This document shows positions 24,576-33,427 of a DNA stretch of 35,422 nt, in pieces. Each line of letters begins with the position of its first letter. Position 1 is the stretch's first letter. Source of the stretch: Pseudomonadota bacterium (GTDB lineage: Bacteria; Pseudomonadota; Alphaproteobacteria; Geminicoccales; Geminicoccaceae); the NCBI GenBank assembly GCA_048615135.1, contig JBMCMJ010000001.1, positions 1 through 35,422 of the forward strand, read 5' to 3'. Below the pieces are notes generated by a model. That model was not told the DNA's origin. It ran no database searches and saw only the letters and a program-made list of their open reading frames with translations. A program made the position numbers and the translations under genes.

Positions 24576-24914
24576 ATGCCGATCCATCCCACCGCCGCCG
24601 TCGCTCTCGGAATGCTCGGCGCCGCCACCGTTCCGGGACTCGCCGTCACGCCCGCCAGGGCCGAAGCCCCGCCGGTTTGCGCACCGCGTGCGGCGTGGGT
24701 GCAGGCCCTGCAGGAGCGGCTCGCGCAGGAGCCGATGGCGATGGCGGTCAGCCGAGGCGGCCGGTTGCTCGAAGTCTTCGCGTCGACCGACGGCGCCACC
24801 TGGACCGCACTCGTCACCGCGCCGACCGGGATGAGTTGTTTCGTTGCCGCCGGCGAGCACTGGTCGACGCGCGGTCCGAACCGGACGCCGAACCCGCCCG
24901 ACATCGCGTCCTGA
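24576..24914 (+). CDS. Hypothetical exported protein (112 aa, two Cys)
   Basis: GAGGAG lies 8 nt upstream of the ATG. Signal peptide MPIHPTAAVALGMLGAATVPGLAVTPARA. No family recognised. Confidence 0.5.
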   Translation: MPIHPTAAVALGMLGAATVPGLAVTPARAEAPPVCAPRAAWVQALQERLAQEPMAMAVSRGGRLLEVFASTDGATWTALVTAPTGMSCFVAAGEHWSTRGPNRTPNPPDIAS

Positions 24915-24963
24915 ATGCCGCCCTCGCACCGCCCCCGCCGGGGGCGGACGAGCCGAGACACCT

Positions 24964-25983
24964 TCACGTTTCGAGACGGCGCAGCCAGTCCGCCAACCCC
25001 TGGCCGATCAGCTGCGGGTGCTCCTCCTGGAGGTAGTGCGTCCCCACGCCGAGAAACCGGACCTCCAGGTTGGGAACGGTCCGCGTGATTTCCTCGACGA
25101 CCGGTGCCGTGAAGAGCATGCCCGGTTCGGCGTGGAAGAGCAGCTTCGGCAGGGGGCTCGCCCGCAGCCATGCACCGTTCGCCTCCACTTCGGCCGTGGC
25201 GAAGGCCGGCTCGCCCGCGATGGGGATTTCCCGCGGCCACTGCAGGACGGGTGCTCGGCTCTCGGGCGTCGGGAACGGCGCGCGATAGGCGTCCATCTCC
25301 GCTTCGGTCATGTCGCGGAGCACGCCCATCTCGGGCAGGACGACCTCGACGAACCAATTTTGCTCGAGCACCAAATCCTCGCCCGCGGACGAGCGCAGCG
25401 TGCGGAAGAACTCGGCCATGTCCGGCGGCATGGCCTCGTAGCCGGGGGCCGGCAGCACCGGCGGCACGATCGCCTCCATGAAGGCGAGCCCCGCCACGTT
25501 GTCCGGGTTCAGGCGGGCGTAGCGCATGCCGAGCGCCGAGCCCCAGTCGTGGACGACGAGGATGATGTCCTCCAGGCCGAGCGCCTCGACGAAGCCGTCG
25601 AGGTAGCGGGCGTGATCCTCGAAGGTGTAGCCGATGTCGGGCTTGTCGCTGTCGCCCATGCCGATCAGGTCCGCTGCCACCGCGCGATAACCGTCGGTGA
25701 CGTAGGGGAGGACGTTGCGCCAGAGATAGGACGAGGTCGGGTTGCCGTGGAGGAACAGGATCGGCTGACCTTGGCCCTCGTCGACATAGGCGATGCGGCT
25801 GCCTTCGACCTCGATGTGGGCCTTCTCGTAGGGGAACGCCGCGGAGATCGGCAGGCCGTAGGGCGCTACCGGCTCCTCGCCCGCCGCCGCCAGGGGGAGC
25901 GCAAGGCTCGCGCAGAGCGCAAGGGCGCCGGCCGACCACCGACGGTCCCCGCCGGGCATCCGCGCGTGTTCCGTGAAGACCAT
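24964..25983 (-). CDS. Haloalkane dehalogenase-type alpha/beta hydrolase with an N-terminal signal-like sequence
   Basis: Start MVFTEH preceded by GGGAGGAG. FLHGNPTSSYLWRNV and the nucleophile motif VVHDWGSALG. N-terminus DRRWSAGALALCASLALPLAAAG. Confidence 0.85.
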   Translation of the reverse strand: MVFTEHARMPGGDRRWSAGALALCASLALPLAAAGEEPVAPYGLPISAAFPYEKAHIEVEGSRIAYVDEGQGQPILFLHGNPTSSYLWRNVLPYVTDGYRAVAADLIGMGDSDKPDIGYTFEDHARYLDGFVEALGLEDIILVVHDWGSALGMRYARLNPDNVAGLAFMEAIVPPVLPAPGYEAMPPDMAEFFRTLRSSAGEDLVLEQNWFVEVVLPEMGVLRDMTEAEMDAYRAPFPTPESRAPVLQWPREIPIAGEPAFATAEVEANGAWLRASPLPKLLFHAEPGMLFTAPVVEEITRTVPNLEVRFLGVGTHYLQEEHPQLIGQGLADWLRRLET

Positions 25984-26162
25984 GACGTCTCTCCTCCCGT
26001 CGTTGCGTCGCTCGCTCGCGAGCATCGCAAGTCGATGCGAGCCGACCAAGGCCCCCGCACCGTCCTTTGGTGCCGGCGAGGGCGCTGCGCACGGAACCGT
26101 GAAGCAACCGCCACGCTCCCGCGGCCGTTGGCCCCTCGATCGAACCTGACGGGAGAGCGATC

Positions 26163-27149
26163 ATGGGCGAAGAGACAACCGGCTTCGGCATCGTCGGGCT
26201 CGGGCGCATGGGGGGCGGCATCGCCAAACAGGCACGGTCGCGCTCCGTGCGCGTGGTGGCCACGGCGCGCGGCGGCGTCCCCGAAGAGCTTCTGCACGCG
26301 GGCGTCATCGACGCGGGCGGGCTCGAAGGCTTCCGCGATCACCTCGAGCGGCCGCGGATCGTCTGCGTCTGGGTGCCGGCGGGACCCGTGGTCGACGACA
26401 TCCTGGATGCCCTGGCCGATGCGCTCGAGCCGGGCGACATCGTGGTCGATGGCGGCAACTCCTATTGGGGCGACAGCCGTCGCCGACACGCGCGGCTCGC
26501 CGAGAAGGACATCCGGTTCGTCGACGTGGGCATTTCGGGCGGTGTCGCCGGGGCCGAGGCGGGGGCCTGCATGATGGTGGGCGGCGAAGCGGAGGCGCTG
26601 GCCCGCGTCAGGCCGATCCTCCGGCCCTTCTGCGTCGAGGGCGGCTACGTCGAGGCGGGCCCGCCGGGGGCCGGGCACTTCACCAAGCTGGTCCACAACG
26701 GCATCGAGTTCGGCATGCTCCAGGCGATCGCCGAGGGCGTCGACCTGCTCGAACACTACGACCAGGATCTGCCCGTCGCCGAGGTGCTGCGCTGCTGGCG
26801 CCACGGCTCGGTGATCCGCTCGTGGCTGGTCGATTTGATGGAGCAGGCCTACCGCGAGGAAGGCGGCCTCGACGACGTGCCCGGCTACGTCGAGGACACG
26901 GGCGAGGTGAACTGGCTGGTGGCGGACGCCCTGCAGATGGAGCGGCCGACGCCGGTGATCGCCCAGGCCGTCCAGCAACTGTTCGTCTCGCGCGACGAGG
27001 GCCGCGACGGGGCGCGCGCCATCGCGATGATGCGCAAGGGCTTCGGCGGGCATCCCTACGGACCGGACGAGCACGTGGCACGAGAGCGCCGCGAGGGCCG
27101 GGTCGGTCCGATCTGGCGGTCCGATCACCGGGCGCTCACGGATCGTTGA
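26163..27149 (+). CDS. gnd: 6-phosphogluconate dehydrogenase (decarboxylating), short Gnd-like form
   Basis: NAD(P) fold GIVGLGRMGGGIA, DGGNSYW, GISGGVAGAEAGACMMVGG, GAGHFTKLVHNGIEFG, HGSVIRSWL. Confidence 0.8.
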   Translation: MGEETTGFGIVGLGRMGGGIAKQARSRSVRVVATARGGVPEELLHAGVIDAGGLEGFRDHLERPRIVCVWVPAGPVVDDILDALADALEPGDIVVDGGNSYWGDSRRRHARLAEKDIRFVDVGISGGVAGAEAGACMMVGGEAEALARVRPILRPFCVEGGYVEAGPPGAGHFTKLVHNGIEFGMLQAIAEGVDLLEHYDQDLPVAEVLRCWRHGSVIRSWLVDLMEQAYREEGGLDDVPGYVEDTGEVNWLVADALQMERPTPVIAQAVQQLFVSRDEGRDGARAIAMMRKGFGGHPYGPDEHVARERREGRVGPIWRSDHRALTDR

Positions 27150-27273
27150 GGCCCGGCCGACGGAACTCCCGCGGACCGCCTGCGTAAAACCCACAAGAAG
27201 GCGACCCGCCGACGGGACGAGGCCTGCAGGGCCTCGCCTCGTCTCCAAACATGATCGCCGAGGAGGATGAGCG

Positions 27274-28653
27274 ATGACCGAACGGTTCGACGCCCTCGTC
27301 ATCGGCGCCGGCCAAGCCGGCCCGGCGCTCGCGGCCCGATTGGCCGGTGCCGGGCGATCGGTCGCCGTGGTGGAGCGGCGCCACATGGGCGGCACCTGCG
27401 TCAATACCGGCTGCACGCCGACCAAGGCCTGGGTCGCGAGTGCCCGGGCGGCGCACGTGGCCCGCCGATGCGGCGCGCTCGGCGTCGAGGTCGGCGGTCC
27501 GGTGCGGGTCGACCTGGCCGCGGTCAAGCGGCGCAAGGACGAGCTCGTCCTGCAGTCGCGCCACGGGCTCCGCGATGGGCTCGAAGGCCTCGACGGCTGC
27601 ACGGTCATCGACGGCCACGCGCGTTTCACCGATGCCAAGACCGTCGACGTCGACGGCCGCATGCTCCAGGCCGAGCAGGTCTTCGTGAATACGGGCGCTC
27701 GGCCGGCCATCCCCGACTGGCCGGGGCTGGATGCCGTGCCCTACCTCACGAACGAGACGATCCTCGAGCTCGAGGAGGTGCCCGAGCATCTGGTGATCGT
27801 CGGCGGCAGCTATGTCGGGCTCGAGTTCGCGCAGATGTTCCGCCGCTTCGGCAGTGCGGTGAGCGTCGTCGAGCGCGGACCCGACATCATCCGCCGGGAG
27901 GATGCCGACGTCATCGCCGCCATCCGCCAGCTCTTCGAAGAGGAAGGCATCCAGGTCCATACGGGTGCCGAATGCCTCGCCGTCGAGGGTAGGGCCGGCG
28001 CTGTCGCCGTGCGCGCGCGCACGGGCGACGGCGACCGCCGTATCGAGGGCTCGCACCTGCTCGTCGCCGTCGGCCGCCGCCCGAACGGCGACGACCTCGG
28101 CTTGGCGGCGGCCGGCATCGCCACCGACGATCGCGGCCGCATCGAGGTCGACGACCGGCTGGAGACGAACGTGCCCGGCGTCTTCGCCCTCGGCGACGTC
28201 AACGGCAAGGGCGCCTTCACCCACACCGCCTACGACGACCACGCGATCGTCGCGGCCAACCTGCTCGACGGCGGCGACCGCAAGGTCAGCGACCGCATCC
28301 TCGCCTATGCGCTGTTCATCGACCCGCCGCTGGGCCGGGTCGGCCCGACCAAGACGCAGGTGCGCGAGGCCGGGACCCGGGCCCTGGTCGGGACGCTGCC
28401 GATGGCGCGCGTCGGCCGGGCGCGCGAACGCGGCGAGACCACGGGCTTCATGAAGGTGCTGGTCGATGCCGAGAGCGAGCGCATCCTGGGGGCTTCGATC
28501 TTCGGCATCGAGGGCGACGAGGTCGTCCACGCGTTGCTCGACGCGATGTACGCGGGCACCTCCTACAGGACCCTGCGCGACGCCGTGCACATCCACCCCA
28601 CCGTCAGCGAACTCGTGCCGACGCTGCTCGGCGGTCTGCAGGCACTCGATTGA
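27274..28653 (+). CDS. FAD-dependent pyridine nucleotide-disulfide oxidoreductase (MerA/RclA/Lpd-like class I)
   Basis: FAD fold DALVIGAGQAG, redox-active disulfide GGTCVNTGCTPTK, second Rossmann VIVGGSYVGLEFA, and a C-terminal dimerisation-domain HIHPTVSE. Confidence 0.85.
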   Translation: MTERFDALVIGAGQAGPALAARLAGAGRSVAVVERRHMGGTCVNTGCTPTKAWVASARAAHVARRCGALGVEVGGPVRVDLAAVKRRKDELVLQSRHGLRDGLEGLDGCTVIDGHARFTDAKTVDVDGRMLQAEQVFVNTGARPAIPDWPGLDAVPYLTNETILELEEVPEHLVIVGGSYVGLEFAQMFRRFGSAVSVVERGPDIIRREDADVIAAIRQLFEEEGIQVHTGAECLAVEGRAGAVAVRARTGDGDRRIEGSHLLVAVGRRPNGDDLGLAAAGIATDDRGRIEVDDRLETNVPGVFALGDVNGKGAFTHTAYDDHAIVAANLLDGGDRKVSDRILAYALFIDPPLGRVGPTKTQVREAGTRALVGTLPMARVGRARERGETTGFMKVLVDAESERILGASIFGIEGDEVVHALLDAMYAGTSYRTLRDAVHIHPTVSELVPTLLGGLQALD

Positions 28654-28669
28654 CCGAGGGAGACGACCC

Positions 28670-29665
28670 ATGACCCGAACCGAACGGCGTGGGCTGCGCG
28701 TCGTCGTCACCGGTGCGTCCGCGGGCGTCGGCCGGGCGACGGCGCTCCGGCTCGCCGACGACGGCGCGCGCGTGGCCCTGATCGCCCGCGACCGCGAAGC
28801 CCTCGAGGACACGGCCCGGGACGTCGCGGCGAAGGGCGGCGAGGCCTTGGTTCTCCCCTGCGACGTCGCCGAGGCCGAAGCGGTTTTTCGCGCGGCCGAT
28901 GCTGCGGTGGAGGCCTGGGGCGGCATCGACGTCTGGATCAACGACGCGATGGTGACGTTGTTCTCCCAGGTCCGGGATCTGACGCCGGACGAGGTGCGCC
29001 GCGTCACCGACGTCTGCTACCTGGGCTCGGTGCACGGCACGCTCGCCGCGCTCCGCCACATGCAAGCGCAGGATCGCGGCGTCATCGTCCAGGTCGGCTC
29101 GGCCCTCGCCTATCGCGCCATCCCGCTGCAGGCCGCCTACTGCGCCGCCAAGCACGCGATACGCGGCTTCGTCGATGCGCTCCGGGTCGAACTGCGTCAC
29201 GAAGGCAGCGCCATCCGCGTGACGAGCGTGCACCTGCCCGGCGTGAACACCCCGCAGTTCGCCTGGGCGCGCTCGCGCTTCGCCCGCAATCCCCGCCCCG
29301 CCGGCGGCGGCATCATCGAGCCGGAGGCTGCGGCCGAAGCGATCCTGCGGGCCATCGACCGGCCGCATCGCGAGCTCTGGGTCGATCTGCAGACCGTCGT
29401 GGTCATCCTCGGCAACATGCTGGCGCCGTCACTCGCCGATCGCTTCCTCGCCCGCACCGCGGTCGAGGGTCAGTTGGGCGAGCACGAGGTCCCTCCCGAT
29501 CGTCCGGGCAACCTCGAGGAGCCCGTTGCCGCGCATGCCACCCGCGGCGCCTTCTCCAACGAGGCGAAGGCCACGGCGCCCAGCTTCGACGGCGTTCGCA
29601 CCGTCGCCGGCACGGCCATCGCCGTGATCGCGCTCGCCCTCGGCTTGGGTTGGACACTGGGCTGA
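28670..29665 (+). CDS. SDR family oxidoreductase with a C-terminal membrane anchor
   Basis: Internal start MTRTERRGLRVVVTGASAGVGRA preceded by GAGGGAG. Active-site YCAAKH. Terminal hydrophobic helix TAIAVIALALGLGW. Confidence 0.8.
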   Translation: MTRTERRGLRVVVTGASAGVGRATALRLADDGARVALIARDREALEDTARDVAAKGGEALVLPCDVAEAEAVFRAADAAVEAWGGIDVWINDAMVTLFSQVRDLTPDEVRRVTDVCYLGSVHGTLAALRHMQAQDRGVIVQVGSALAYRAIPLQAAYCAAKHAIRGFVDALRVELRHEGSAIRVTSVHLPGVNTPQFAWARSRFARNPRPAGGGIIEPEAAAEAILRAIDRPHRELWVDLQTVVVILGNMLAPSLADRFLARTAVEGQLGEHEVPPDRPGNLEEPVAAHATRGAFSNEAKATAPSFDGVRTVAGTAIAVIALALGLGWTLG

Positions 29666-29714
29666 CGTCGTCGCGACCGCAGCCTGCAACCCAGCACCGA
29701 AGGCGGCGGACGCC

Positions 29715-30230
29715 TCAAAACAGCCGGTCGAGCGGCAGGCTGACGGTGAGGAGCACCGATTCGGTTCCGGGATTGGCGTCGTGAATGCCGGCGTTCGAGA
29801 GGTGCGTCACGTACAGGCCGACCCTTGCACCGTTGTCGAACCGGTAGGACAGCTCGCTGCCGACGACGAACTGGAAGACACCACCCAGATCCTTGCCGTC
29901 GCCGGATGCGTAGCCGCCGATCCCGCCCATGGGCGTGAACACCACGCGCCGTCCGAGGCGAAGATCGGCGTAGAGTCCGCCATAGCCGAAAACGCCGCCG
30001 TCGCCGTTGACGAGGATGCCCGCGAGCGGGGCAAGGCCGCCGAACCCTTTGCCGCCGAGACCCTCGCCGAAGCCGAACCCGGATCGGTACTCGACGCGCG
30101 CTTCGCCCGAGGCGTCCGAAAACTCGTTTCCATCGAAGACGCCGAGCCCGAGAACCCAACGATCTTCCGCCGCACCGGCGGATGCGGCTCGGAGGAGCGC
30201 AAAGGCGACGAGAGCAAGGATCGGGCGCAT
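29715..30230 (-). CDS. PagL-like acyloxyacyl hydrolase / lipid A deacylase family outer-membrane protein
   Basis: Internal start MRPILALVAFALLRAASAGAAE (signal peptide). Gly-rich beta-barrel sequence, catalytic-type motif THLSNAG, ending in ...LLTVSLPLDRLF. Confidence 0.7.
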   Translation of the reverse strand: MRPILALVAFALLRAASAGAAEDRWVLGLGVFDGNEFSDASGEARVEYRSGFGFGEGLGGKGFGGLAPLAGILVNGDGGVFGYGGLYADLRLGRRVVFTPMGGIGGYASGDGKDLGGVFQFVVGSELSYRFDNGARVGLYVTHLSNAGIHDANPGTESVLLTVSLPLDRLF

Positions 30231-30456
30231 GGCGTCACCTCTTCCGGATCGGTGTTCATCCCGGAACGCCCCCTGTGGCCGCATCGTTGCGGTGCTCGCA
30301 TGGACGTGAGCGTGGCGCGCGGACGCGGGCATGGCCGACTTCGCGACGGCCGGAGTGCAGCGACGAGCGGTGATACGCCTCGGCGATGGCGCCGCCCACT
30401 GCCACCACGTCGCTGCGATGCCCGCACCACGGGTCGGAACCGACACGAACGGCCGT

Positions 30457-31875
30457 TCAACCGAGCTTCGCGAGCCAGCCGACCAGCCGTTTGACGCCCG
30501 GGCTGAACAACCGCGGCGCATAGAATGCCGATGCCGCCTTCTTGTTGACTTCGGCCAGCGTCGGATACGGCATGACGGCGGAGGTCAGGGCTCGCAGGCG
30601 GGTGTTCGTGCTCATCATCACGATCCAGGGGGCCAACAGCTCGCCCGCATGAGCACCGGCGATGGCAACGCCTTTGATGCGCCCCTTGCGGTCGGCCGCG
30701 AGCTTCAAGAGCCCTTCCGTGCGTCGCTCGGCCCGCGCGCGATCGTTGTCGCCGAAGGGCACGCGGACGAACTCGACGCCCTCCGCGTCGGCTGCCTCCT
30801 CCGGAGGGGTGCCGACACTGGCGAGTTCCGGGTCGGTGTAGGTCACGGCCGGCAGCACGACGGCAACCTTGGCCGGCAGGCGGAAGAGGGCGTTTTGCAC
30901 GACGACGCTGGCGTGATGGCCGGCGACGTGGGTGAACTGCGGCCCGCCGGTGACGTCGCCGACGGCGAAGACGCGGCGATTCGACGTCCGGAGCCGGCGA
31001 TCGACGGTGATGCCGGTTCGGTCATGGGCGATCGCCGCCTTGTCCAGGTCGAGGTCCTCGACGTTCGGCCGGCGGCCGGTGGCGACGAGCAGGTGACTGC
31101 CGTCCACCGCCTGGTGTCCGGTGTCGGTCTCGAACTGGACACGGATACCGCGCCCGCTCCGCGCCACGGCGGTCACCTTCGCCTGCTCGTGGATTGCGGT
31201 GCCGTCGGCCAGCAGCGCCGTGCGCACGATCGCGACGAGTTCGCGGTCGTCGCGCGGCAACAGCGTCTGTGCCTCGAGCAGCGTGACGTCGGAGCCGAGC
31301 CGACGGTGCGCTTGGGCGAGCTCGCAACCGATCGGCCCGCCGCCGATGACGAGCAGGTGCCGGGGCAACTCGGTGAGATCCCAGATCGTCTCGTTGGTGA
31401 GATAGCCCGTCTCCGCCAGGCCCGAAATCGGCGGGATGGCCGGACGGCTGCCGGTGGCCACGACGAAGCGCCGCGCGCGGATGCGAACGCCGCCGGCCTC
31501 GACCGTGTCGGGATCGGTGAAGCGGGCATGGCTTCGCAGGACCGTGACACCCAGGGCCTCGAAGCGCTCCTGGCTGTCGTGCGGGGCGATGCCCGCGATC
31601 ACGTCGCGCACGTGCGCGCGCACGGCGCTGGCGTCGATGTGCGGCGCACCGATGGGCCGGACACCCATGGCTTCGCCGTTCGCCGCGGCGTGCGCGGCGT
31701 GTGCTGCTGCGAGCAGCGACTTCGAAGGCACGCAGCCGACGTTGAGGCAGTCGCCGCCCATTTCCGCGCGCTCGACCAGTACGGTCTCGGCGCCGAGTTG
31801 CGCCGCGCCGGCGGCGACCGACAGCCCGCCCGAGCCGCCGCCGATGACGCAGATATCGGCTTTGATCTCACGCAT
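30457..31875 (-). CDS. FAD-dependent pyridine nucleotide-disulfide oxidoreductase (dihydrolipoyl dehydrogenase/mercuric reductase-like)
   Basis: Start MREIKADICVIGGGSGG preceded by GGAGAG. Redox disulfide GGDCLNVGCVPSK and second Rossmann LVIGGGPIGCELA. Confidence 0.85.
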   Translation of the reverse strand: MREIKADICVIGGGSGGLSVAAGAAQLGAETVLVERAEMGGDCLNVGCVPSKSLLAAAHAAHAAANGEAMGVRPIGAPHIDASAVRAHVRDVIAGIAPHDSQERFEALGVTVLRSHARFTDPDTVEAGGVRIRARRFVVATGSRPAIPPISGLAETGYLTNETIWDLTELPRHLLVIGGGPIGCELAQAHRRLGSDVTLLEAQTLLPRDDRELVAIVRTALLADGTAIHEQAKVTAVARSGRGIRVQFETDTGHQAVDGSHLLVATGRRPNVEDLDLDKAAIAHDRTGITVDRRLRTSNRRVFAVGDVTGGPQFTHVAGHHASVVVQNALFRLPAKVAVVLPAVTYTDPELASVGTPPEEAADAEGVEFVRVPFGDNDRARAERRTEGLLKLAADRKGRIKGVAIAGAHAGELLAPWIVMMSTNTRLRALTSAVMPYPTLAEVNKKAASAFYAPRLFSPGVKRLVGWLAKLG

Positions 31876-32632
31876 GAAGGAACTCTCCGAGCTGCTCGCG
31901 ATCAAGACTTAGGGGAGGCCCTGCCGCCTGGAAAAGACACGCTGGCGTGACGGCGTCGTGAACCGCGGCTTGGCTGCTCCGATCGGAACATGTGGGCGCC
32001 GACGCGAGGGGGTGGCCTCGCGGCGCATGCCGTCAGCTTCCTCGTAGGCGTCGACACCGGGACCGTCGCCCCGCCCGGCCCGCACACGCGGGTGTGTTCG
32101 GGGTTGAGTGGTCGGCGCTCCCCGGTCGTGGTCCTATGCGCCGCATGAAGGATTTCGTGCGCACCCGGGCACACGCTATCGGGCAATCACCGGGTCCGAG
32201 CCCGTCGTCCACGTCCTGTCGCTCGGCGTCCGCGACGGCGCCCGGCCCGACGACCATGTGTCGACACGAGTGCCGCACCGGTTCGACCAGCACGGCGAAG
32301 GGGTCGCGGGCGAGCGTCGGGTTCGGGCGGTTCGCGGTTGCCTTTCGGCGGCGGGGAACGGCCGTCGCCCGCGACGGCTTGCCCATGGCCTTCGTGAGCA
32401 CCGACCGCAGGCCGCCCGACGACCATGTGGACCTCGGCCCCCGCTACGCAGTGGCACCGAAACCGATGATTTTTCCGCTGCCGAGCGCACCGGCGATGGG
32501 TCGCTTCGGTCGTCGAATGCGCACCGGCGACGGTCACCGTGGTTTTCCGATCGAGAGCGTGCGCCATGCGCGACGATGGGCGGCATCCGACACGTCGTGC
32601 GATATCCTCTCCGGCGAAACCGAGGAGATCCG

Positions 32633-33370
32633 ATGACGACGGAACGACCTTTGGCCGCGACGCCGCCACCGCGTCCTTGGTGGCACCGCCTCTTGCCCCT
32701 GCTCGCCTTGGCGGCGCTCGTCATCGCCATCTTCGCGAGCGGGCTCGACCGCTACCTGTCGTTCGAGACACTGAGCCGCCATTACGAGGCGCTGCAGAGT
32801 TGGGCCGACACGCGGCCGGTCAGCGCGCCGCTCGTCTTCGGCCTCGTCTACGCCGCAGCGGTCGCAGCCTCGGTGCCGGGCGCCACGATCCTCACGCTCA
32901 CGGGCGGGCTGCTGTTCGGCCTCGGCCTGGGCATCCCCGTCGTTACGACGGCCGCGACCCTCGGCGCCAGCGTTGTCTTCCTGGTCGCCAAGACCGCGCT
33001 CGGTGATCCACTGCGCCGGCACATCGATGGCCGCATGGCGCGCATGGAGCAAGGCTTCCGCGACGACGCCATGAGCTACCTCCTCGTGCTTCGCCTGATC
33101 CCACTGTTTCCGTTCTGGCTGGTCAATCTGGTTCCCGCGTTCCTCGGCGTGCCGCTTCGCACCTACGCGCTTGCCACGTTCCTGGGGATCCTGCCCGGCA
33201 CGGCCGTCTACGTCAGCGTCGGTAACGGCATCGGTGTGGTGCTGGAGCAGGGTGACCGACCCGATCTCGGCCTCGTTTTCCGTCCCGAGATCCTCGGCCC
33301 GCTCATCGGCCTCGCTCTCCTGGCGCTCTTGCCCGTCGGCTACAAGCGATGGCGCCGACGCCGCGGCTGA
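32633..33370 (+). CDS. TVP38/TMEM64 (SNARE-associated, DedA superfamily) membrane protein
   Basis: Internal start MTTERPLA preceded by GAGGAG. VTT-domain pattern LRLIPLFPFWLVNLVPAFLGV and polytopic hydrophobicity. Confidence 0.85.
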   Translation: MTTERPLAATPPPRPWWHRLLPLLALAALVIAIFASGLDRYLSFETLSRHYEALQSWADTRPVSAPLVFGLVYAAAVAASVPGATILTLTGGLLFGLGLGIPVVTTAATLGASVVFLVAKTALGDPLRRHIDGRMARMEQGFRDDAMSYLLVLRLIPLFPFWLVNLVPAFLGVPLRTYALATFLGILPGTAVYVSVGNGIGVVLEQGDRPDLGLVFRPEILGPLIGLALLALLPVGYKRWRRRRG

Positions 33371-33427
33371 TCCCACGCGGTCTCGGAGACAGGTGAGCGC
33401 CGTAGCCGGCATGCCCGTCATGCCGGT

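Noticed and set aside
32033-32401. 122-aa minus-strand ORF (MLTKAMGKPSRATAVPRRRK...) as a possible transposase or integrase remnant
   Set aside because: I recognise no DDE, HTH or recombinase motifs, and there are no flanking inverted repeats. It is reported only as part of the unexplained spacer finding.
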